DNA from: an uncultured virus (IMG/VR IMGVR_UViG_3300025821_000010)
Taxonomy: Duplodnaviria > Heunggongvirae > Uroviricota > Caudoviricetes
DNA length: 20,000 nt
Virus record (IMG/VR): IMGVR_UViG_3300025821_000010
Strand: one strand, 5' to 3'
The position numbers were made by a program, and so were the translations under genes. The notes under the pieces were generated by a model. That model made no database searches. It was not told the DNA's origin and saw only the letters and a list, made by a program, of their open reading frames with translations. Positions 7,973-13,700 of the stretch are shown piece after piece; position 1 is the first letter of the stretch, and every line of letters starts with the position of its first letter.

Positions 7973-8018
7973 GTGTGACATTAGCTAGTTAAATAGTAGG
8001 GTAACAGGCTATTGTCAC
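7973..8018. repeat. Inverted-arm element copy 2 (GTGTGACATTAG-CTAGTTAAATAGTAGGGTAACAGG-CTATTGTCAC)
   Basis: Read directly; intergenic. Bracketed by direct repeats AGAAAAGTGT at 7967-7976 and 8024-8033. Confidence 0.85.
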
Positions 8019-8039
8019 CCCCTAGAAAAGTGTATAGCA

Positions 8040-8216
8040 CTACAGATCACTGTATTTTATTAGTGCGAATATATCTTCTTCGTTTACTTCTATTTCACTA
8101 TCTTCTGCGTGCATAGTCATAGTGAAGTTTAGTATAAATTCAGCGAGATCATTCTTATCCCACTCTAATAATTGCTCGTAAGAGAATAGTTTGCTTGATA
8201 GTACTAGTTTTTCCAT
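8040..8216 (-). CDS. Acidic hypothetical protein, 58 aa (MEKLVLSSKLFSYEQLLEWDKNDLAEFILNFTMTMHAEDSEIEVNEEDIFALIKYSDL)
   Basis: Manual translation. Directly downstream of P5; stop followed immediately by TGCTATACAC. Confidence 0.7.
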   Translation of the reverse strand: MEKLVLSSKLFSYEQLLEWDKNDLAEFILNFTMTMHAEDSEIEVNEEDIFALIKYSDL

Positions 8217-8231
8217 GTTTAATTATTTTAT

Positions 8232-8269
8232 AAATATATTATCTTATAGTGTACGTATTATTTTTGTTG
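8232..8269 (-). promoter_or_regulatory. Conserved promoter-like motif P5
   Basis: CAACAAAAAT AATACG TACACTATAA GATAATATATTT. Confidence 0.8.
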
Positions 8270-8286
8270 AGCGCAAGTGTATAGCA

Positions 8287-8517
8287 TTAAGAGATAAGTT
8301 CTCTTAACACTACTGGAACACTTGTTGAAGAAGTATAGCTTTTATATTTAATAAAGCAAGGCATTACTTCGAGTTTCGCTTGCATAATTTTATACGCTTC
8401 GTCGTGATTGTAAGTTACTTCTTTTCCACTTTTGAATTTGACTTTTATTATAGTGTTAGAGCCAATAAGTGATTTTCTGATTAAAAAGCGTTTTGAGTTT
8501 AAAGTTTGAGTTTGCAT
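8287..8517 (-). CDS. Small basic protein, paralog A (76 aa)
   Basis: ORF track. 52/65 aa identical to 9185..9427 by manual alignment; preceded by P6. Confidence 0.85.
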   Translation of the reverse strand: MQTQTLNSKRFLIRKSLIGSNTIIKVKFKSGKEVTYNHDEAYKIMQAKLEVMPCFIKYKSYTSSTSVPVVLRELIS

Positions 8518-8558
8518 AGTGATTTAATTTAAGTTATTAATTATTATTTTTTAGTTAC

Positions 8559-8596
8559 ATATATATTATCTAGTAGCGAACGTATTATTTTTGTTG
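8559..8596 (-). promoter_or_regulatory. Conserved promoter-like motif P6
   Basis: CAACAAAAAT AATACG TTCGCTACTA GATAATATATAT. Confidence 0.8.
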
Positions 8597-8684
8597 AGCG
8601 CAGCGAAGTGCTATACACGCCTGGCGGCGTTAACTATAGTGTGTGACGGAGTCTACTCTTCCGACGCTATTTCAAAGTCAGGCC
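8597..8684 (-). ncRNA. Candidate small structured RNA downstream of P7
   Basis: GC-rich, ORF-less interval between P7 and P6. Hairpins ACGCC-TGGC-GGCGT (outer CTATA/TATAG) and CGGA...TCCG. Inference only. Confidence 0.3.
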
Positions 8685-8722
8685 TTATATATTATCTTAA
8701 CAGCAGCGTAAAACTTTTGTAA
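8685..8722 (-). promoter_or_regulatory. Conserved promoter-like motif P7
   Basis: TTACAAAAGT TTTACG CTGCTGTTAA GATAATATATAA. Confidence 0.7.
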
Positions 8723-8750
8723 TCAAACGCTCCTGTTCGCGCTGTGAGGT
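8723..8750. repeat. GTGAGGT boundary element 1 (type A)
   Basis: TCAAACGCTCCTGTTCGCGCTGTGAGGT; 23/28 identical to 9510-9537 and at the same distance from its promoter motif. Confidence 0.8.
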
Positions 8751-8751
8751 C

Positions 8752-8931
8752 CTATTTAAAAGACCTCAACCATTCGATTACTCCATCATAATGCTCTTTC
8801 ATTGCAGGAGATTCTTCACATGTATAATAAGGTTTAGAGAACATTGCTTTGGTTTCTCTACCTAAAGCATTACTATAGGTTATAGAGTAATAGTTTGATT
8901 TTGGGTTGTTGGTGATCTTAAATGGTATCAT
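8752..8931 (-). CDS. Hypothetical protein, 59 aa (MIPFKITNNPKSNYYSITYSNALGRETKAMFSKPYYTCEESPAMKEHYDGVIEWLRSFK)
   Basis: Manual translation; TAG stop lies 1 nt from boundary element 1. Confidence 0.65.
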   Translation of the reverse strand: MIPFKITNNPKSNYYSITYSNALGRETKAMFSKPYYTCEESPAMKEHYDGVIEWLRSFK

Positions 8932-8935
8932 ATGA

Positions 8936-9085
8936 TTAAGGTATTAGGTTTATATTAGAGTTCATTTCATCCCACATTTCTTGTAACCATGGTAATTCAT
9001 CATAGTCATCTAGTGTGTATTCTTTGTTGTTGATAGTGATAATGTCAATGTCATGATCTTCACTAATTAGTAATTTGATTTCCAT
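8936..9085 (-). CDS. Highly acidic protein, 49 aa (MEIKLLISEDHDIDIITINNKEYTLDDYDELPWLQEMWDEMNSNINLIP)
   Basis: Manual translation; directly downstream of P8; 13 D/E versus 2 K and no R. Confidence 0.65.
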   Translation of the reverse strand: MEIKLLISEDHDIDIITINNKEYTLDDYDELPWLQEMWDEMNSNINLIP

Positions 9086-9104
9086 AAGAGTTATTATTTA
9101 ATTT

Positions 9105-9142
9105 ATATATATTATCTGAAGAGTTCAGTATTTTTTTTGTAA
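9105..9142 (-). promoter_or_regulatory. Conserved promoter-like motif P8 (AATACT variant, lacks the CG)
   Basis: TTACAAAAAA AATACT GAACTCTTCA GATAATATATAT. Confidence 0.75.
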
Positions 9143-9155
9143 TTGCACTTCATTT

Positions 9156-9178
9156 GCTCAATAATAGTCGTGAGGTGT
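9156..9178. repeat. GTGAGGT boundary element 2 (type B)
   Basis: GCTCAATAATAGTCGTGAGGTGT; 21/23 identical to 9620-9642. Confidence 0.8.
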
Positions 9179-9184
9179 TAAGTA

Positions 9185-9427
9185 CTAAGAGACTGATTTG
9201 TCCCTTAGCACTGTTGGTATTGAAGTACTTGATGTGTATGATTTGTACTTGATAAAGCATGGCATTGTATCAAGCTTGTCCTTCATTATTTCATATGCTG
9301 CATCATGATTGTATTCATATTGCTTACCTGATTTGAATGTGACTTTAATGATTGTGTTTGTACCAATTAGAGATTTTCTGATTAAGAATCTTTTGCTTTC
9401 CATTGTTTTTTGATTTGAATTTGACAT
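9185..9427 (-). CDS. Small basic protein, paralog B (80 aa)
   Basis: ORF track; paralog of 8287..8517; preceded by P9; contains no CG dinucleotide. Confidence 0.85.
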   Translation of the reverse strand: MSNSNQKTMESKRFLIRKSLIGTNTIIKVTFKSGKQYEYNHDAAYEIMKDKLDTMPCFIKYKSYTSSTSIPTVLRDKSVS

Positions 9428-9471
9428 AATTGTTTGATTTAAATTTATATTAATTATTAATTATTTATTAT

Positions 9472-9509
9472 ATATATATTATCTATATACAAGCGTATTT
9501 TTTTTGTAA
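9472..9509 (-). promoter_or_regulatory. Conserved promoter-like motif P9
   Basis: TTACAAAAAA AATACG CTTGTATATA GATAATATATAT. Confidence 0.8.
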
Positions 9510-9537
9510 GCAAATGCTTCGGCTCGCGCTGTGAGGT
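9510..9537. repeat. GTGAGGT boundary element 3 (type A)
   Basis: GCAAATGCTTCGGCTCGCGCTGTGAGGT; last 14 nt identical to 8737-8750. Confidence 0.8.
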
Positions 9538-9560
9538 GGGCTATATTGCTCGCTGCTTAC

Positions 9561-9598
9561 ATATATATTATCTACTCGCAAGCGTATTTATTTTGTAA
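9561..9598 (-). promoter_or_regulatory. Conserved promoter-like motif P10
   Basis: TTACAAAATA AATACG CTTGCGAGTA GATAATATATAT; no ORF between it and P9. Confidence 0.8.
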
Positions 9599-9610
9599 CG
9601 CACATACTGG

Positions 9611-9642
9611 AATCAAAACGCTCAGTAATAGACGTGAGGTGT
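9611..9642. repeat. GTGAGGT boundary element 4 (type B right part, type A-like left part)
   Basis: AATCAAAACGCTCAGTAATAGACGTGAGGTGT. Left part matches AATCAAACGCTC at 8721-8732; right part matches 9156-9178. Confidence 0.8.
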
Positions 9643-9877
9643 CTTGTCAATTAGTATATCTCCAGGAAAAAAGCTAAAAGCTGGGGGTATTTCAACGTAA
9701 AAGGCAAAACATAAAACGCAAATCTTATAAAACACGGGGACCCCGGTCATTTTGAAACGCAAAAGGTTTTTAGTTGTTGTTGTAGAAAAGAAGGGGTAAC
9801 ACCCTACTCCTAAATTTCTAACATAATTTTTACCATACCCCTATATTTGTTACAATTTTTTTTATAAAATAAAAAAC

Positions 9878-9927
9878 TATGACATTAGGCTGTTATATTA
9901 AGGGGTAATAGGCTATTGTCACACTGT
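9878..9927. repeat. Inverted-arm element copy 3 (TATGACATTAG-GCTGTTATATTAAGGGGTAATAGG-CTATTGTCACACTGT)
   Basis: Read directly; abuts the plus-strand promoter-like motif P11. Confidence 0.85.
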
Positions 9928-9957
9928 AAAATACGATGCTTTCGTGTGAATATATAA
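9920..9957 (+). promoter_or_regulatory. Divergent plus-strand copy of the promoter motif (P11) in front of the structural operon
   Basis: AATACG (9930-9935) ATGCTTTCGT GTGAATATATAA. Same N10 spacing but GTGAAT replaces GATAAT; about 25 nt before ATG 9982. Confidence 0.6.
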
Positions 9958-9981
9958 AGTATACAAAAAAGACACAAAAAA

Positions 9982-10077
9982 ATGGCAGCAAACTTAGGAA
10001 ACGAGGCAGTTACAGTGATGTATCTAGGAAGCGAGACAGTTACAGCTGTGTATTTAGGTACAGAGCAGGTAATATAA
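9982..10077 (+). CDS. 31-aa repeat micro-protein (MAANLGNEAVTVMYLGSETVTAVYLGTEQVI)
   Basis: Manual translation. A-rich leader; three 10-aa/30-nt repeats that keep the amino-acid pattern despite codon changes. Confidence 0.7.
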   Translation: MAANLGNEAVTVMYLGSETVTAVYLGTEQVI

Positions 10078-10093
10078 TTTAAAATTTATTCTC

Positions 10094-10447
10094 ATGAACA
10101 TAGTAGGTAACGAAAACGACGACATACAAATACAATTAGATGAAAATGGGCAATGGACTCACCATGCTAGTGAAAAAACGGTGGGTAAACAGGTGCATTG
10201 TCATTATACTATTGTGTCTACTGATCATCCAGAGGAGGATGCTGGTTTAACATGGGATTTTGAATTGGATTGTAGCCATAATAACCAGACAAAGAAAGGT
10301 AATCAGATCCCTACAGGTGTAAAGTGGTCATGTGAGGTAAATACTAATTCCTCAAGTGACACGCAATTTGATTTTACGGTTACATCAAATAAAGGGCAAG
10401 ACCTTGCTGGTTATATTGTAAGATTACTAGCAGTAGAAAACTCATAA
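10094..10447 (+). CDS. Hypothetical beta-rich protein (117 aa)
   Basis: ORF track. Confidence 0.7.
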   Translation: MNIVGNENDDIQIQLDENGQWTHHASEKTVGKQVHCHYTIVSTDHPEEDAGLTWDFELDCSHNNQTKKGNQIPTGVKWSCEVNTNSSSDTQFDFTVTSNKGQDLAGYIVRLLAVENS

Positions 10448-10452
10448 TAAGT

Positions 10453-10713
10453 ATGGCGAAGCAAAAATTATCACCAGAAGCGCTAAAAGCAAAAAGAAGA
10501 CGCGATTTAGCAGCGGCAAATTCACCGTTTAGGCGAGAATTACGTGCAGATAGCCAAAGAAAGAGAAGAGCAGCGGAAAATGCTGGTAGAAACCTTGATG
10601 GATTAGATTATGATCATAATACAGGAAAATTTGTACCGCTTGGTTACAACAGAGGAGGTACTCAACAAGGTGGTACTGATGGTACAAAAGCAGAAAATTC
10701 AAGAAACGCGTAA
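10453..10713 (+). CDS. Small basic protein with degenerate HNH-like motif
   Basis: Arg-rich N-terminus followed by GLDYDH...YNRG, reminiscent of short phage HNH proteins. Confidence 0.5.
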   Translation: MAKQKLSPEALKAKRRRDLAAANSPFRRELRADSQRKRRAAENAGRNLDGLDYDHNTGKFVPLGYNRGGTQQGGTDGTKAENSRNA

Positions 10714-10727
10714 AGAAATAATATAAA

Positions 10728-13700
10728 ATGGCAATAATATACAGCTACGAACAGGAAGCTAATCCACAGTTTTCAGATTTACTACTAGGTACAGATGTAA
10801 GTGCGCCTGGGAAGCCTACTAAATCATTCTCTATACAGAGCATCGTTGATTTGGTTGAAACAGGTGTGCCTGGTGGTGGTACTGTAACAAGTGTTGGTAC
10901 TAATAGTAGTACCTTTGTTACTTTATCAGGTGGACCAATCACTACTTCCGGTATCATATCAGCATCGTTATCTGCCACAGGCGTGCCTAGTGCCACTACA
11001 TATCTTCGTGGTGATAATACTTGGGCTACAATACCTTCTTCTTTAAATACAACATACACGATTACAAGTGCGCAAAACGGTACAGCTGCGAATATAAGGC
11101 TTACTGGTAGTGATACTACGCAGACGTTGGTTACACTAGCTGCTGGCGCAAACATTGCTTTAACAGACAATGGTTCTAATCGTATTACAATTGGGGTTAC
11201 AGGACTACCATCTGGATCAGTGACAAGTGTTACTGCAGACGGTGGGTTATATATAGTTAGTGGATCTGCAACAGTAAATCCAGTACTAGCAGTTGATTTA
11301 ACTGGTTTAAACAATTATATTAAAGTTAGTGAAAATCAAACTACAGCTATAAGTGATGACTTCATAGCTTTTAATCAAAATTCCTCTGAAAATGTAAAGA
11401 CTACAACTTTAGGGGCAATAACACCTAATTCTTTATCTCTTGTAAAAGATTATATTGATGCAGGTGATGTTGGTGACGTTAGAAACGACACTGATACATT
11501 TACTACAACAGCAGTTGTTGAAAACGTAGTAAGTTTGACATCAGCTGAATATTCTGCGCTAACACCAAATGCAAACACTTTATACCTTATAGTAGGTGCT
11601 GCGACATCATACACTAATACTTTAGCGTTTACAAACAACATTGTAGGTACTGAGTATACAATTGGTGGTGATCAAGCTGGTGCAACAAGATCGGGTATTG
11701 AGGGCGCATCTTATGCTTTTAATACTACGATAACACCAAATTCTGGTTATTACTTCTCATCAGGGCCTACAGTAACAAACGCTTCAGGGGTATTCGGTAC
11801 TGCTGATGAAACAGTATATACAATATTAGAAGGTACTGTTGAGCAAATAGTAGAGCCACCTATAACAGCTACACTTGCATTGACGCTATCACCTAGTTTA
11901 GGTACAAACGGCGTTGAATATACATTAGGTGGTGATTTAGCAGGTGCAACACAATCTGGTCCTTCTCCATTAACATACGCATTTAATACAACTATATCAG
12001 CTAATAGTGGTTATGAGTTTACATCAGGACCTACAATTACAAATGCTACTGGAACAATAAACGGTAGTCAATCAGTTGTTACTAATATAACTGGTACTAT
12101 AGAGGCGATTGCAATACCTCCAGTAACAGTAACGCCATCATTAATAAATAATTTCACAGGTGAATCTTCACAAGTTAGTTTATCAGTTACACCTGGTTCT
12201 TTCTCTGGAGACTCCCCTGTTACTTATACATTTAACCCGGTTGCTACAGCAAACTCTGGTTATGCAATAGAAAACTTAACTTACACTGGTGATATATCTG
12301 GAAGTGCTACAAGCAGTAAAACAGCTGTTATGTATGCTAATGGTAATGTAATACAAACAAGCACTAACGCTGTTGTTGAATTAGACCTGGTTGTTAATAT
12401 TACTGGTGGTGGATATGTTACTAGTGGTGATTTAGACGGTGCTCAACAAACAGGACCTATACCATTTACTTATGCATTCGATACAGATGTTTCGCCGTTG
12501 CCTGGATATGAATTTACTAGTTTGACTATAAACAACGCTTCTGGTACAACTAATCAATCAGGTTTACAAGTAGTAACAACTACAATAACAGGTACTATTC
12601 AAGAAGCACCTGAAACAGTAAGAGCTACACTGCAAGTTAACCCAAGTATAACAGGTGAGCAGGTTTATAGTATAACAGGTGACAACACTGGTGCTTTCCA
12701 AGAAGGTTTACCGCCGTTTGATTATTCTTTCTCAACAGGTGTTTCTATACCTAGTGGATATGAATGGACAACCGGCCCTAATGTATCGCCTAATCCTAAT
12801 TCTGGTACAATATCTGCAGATACAACGGTTACTACTAATATAACTGGAAATATAGCTGCTGTTGCAGATTCTTATTATACTTTATTTAAGTGTAGCACTC
12901 AATCTGGTGGATTTACATCAAGTCAAACTACAACTCAAATATCATTAAATACTAATGATCAAATATATAACTTAGCAAATGCGTCAGATACATATATTGT
13001 AACTGGAACTTCAACTTCGCAAGGCACTAGTATTAGTGTATCTTCTAGTCAAGGAACTGGATGTCCTCCAACATTATACTACTATATAATTGAAAACTGT
13101 GCTAATTCATCACAACTACAATATGGTTACAGTACTCAACCTAATTTAGGCGCTGGAGATACGTTTAACTACTTTAGTAACTGTTACAAATATTATGACG
13201 TTGATCCTACCGAGGTTGGAACAATTGATTTAGATGCTTTGTCAACATGTCAATGTGGCCCTGAACAAGGGTATGTTAATTTAACTTTTTCTAATAACGT
13301 AACTGGTGCAGCAAACACAACAACTGCTCTTGGCGGGTTTACAACGTTACAAGGTAATGTTGGTGACCCTTACACGTTTACAAACTCAATAGTTGCTAAT
13401 ACAGGTTATCAATTTACATCTGGACCAACATGGAACCCTTCTGCTGTAATAACAGGTACTTTCGTTTCTGGAACTACTAATATAACACAAACAGTAACTG
13501 GTAACGTAACAGCAATTCCAAATGAAGTAACTGTTACTTTAGCATTTAGCAATAATGTAACTAACAATCAATTTACAACAACTAGTTTAACACCCGGAGC
13601 TACAATAACAGGTAATCCTGGTGATTCATATCAGTTTGTTCACACTATAACTACAGATCCTGGTTATGAATTTACGTCAGGGCCAACTTGGGTGGATAAT

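Noticed and set aside
8597..8690. tRNA gene
   Set aside because: GC-rich and of similar size, but I found no TTCRA T-loop, cloverleaf or acceptor stem on either strand.
8745..8768. Hairpin TGAGGTC...GACCTCA as a general feature of the boundary elements
   Set aside because: Present only at element 1; the other three elements lack the complementary arm.
8287..9427. Diversity-generating retroelement TR/VR pair
   Set aside because: Differences between the paralogs are not adenine-restricted, both are intact promoter-bearing ORFs, and no reverse transcriptase is visible.
8685..9642. CRISPR array or classical integron attC array
   Set aside because: Spacing is irregular (about 100-430 bp) and contains genes and promoters. 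There are no GTTRRRY/RYYYAAC cores or long attC hairpins, and no cas or intI gene in the window.
9842..9849. Bacteroidota -7 promoter element TATATTTG (also on the minus strand at 4972-4979)
   Set aside because: No properly spaced -33 TTG/TTTG was found, and such an 8-mer is expected by chance in AT-rich DNA. Left uncalled, though not excluded.
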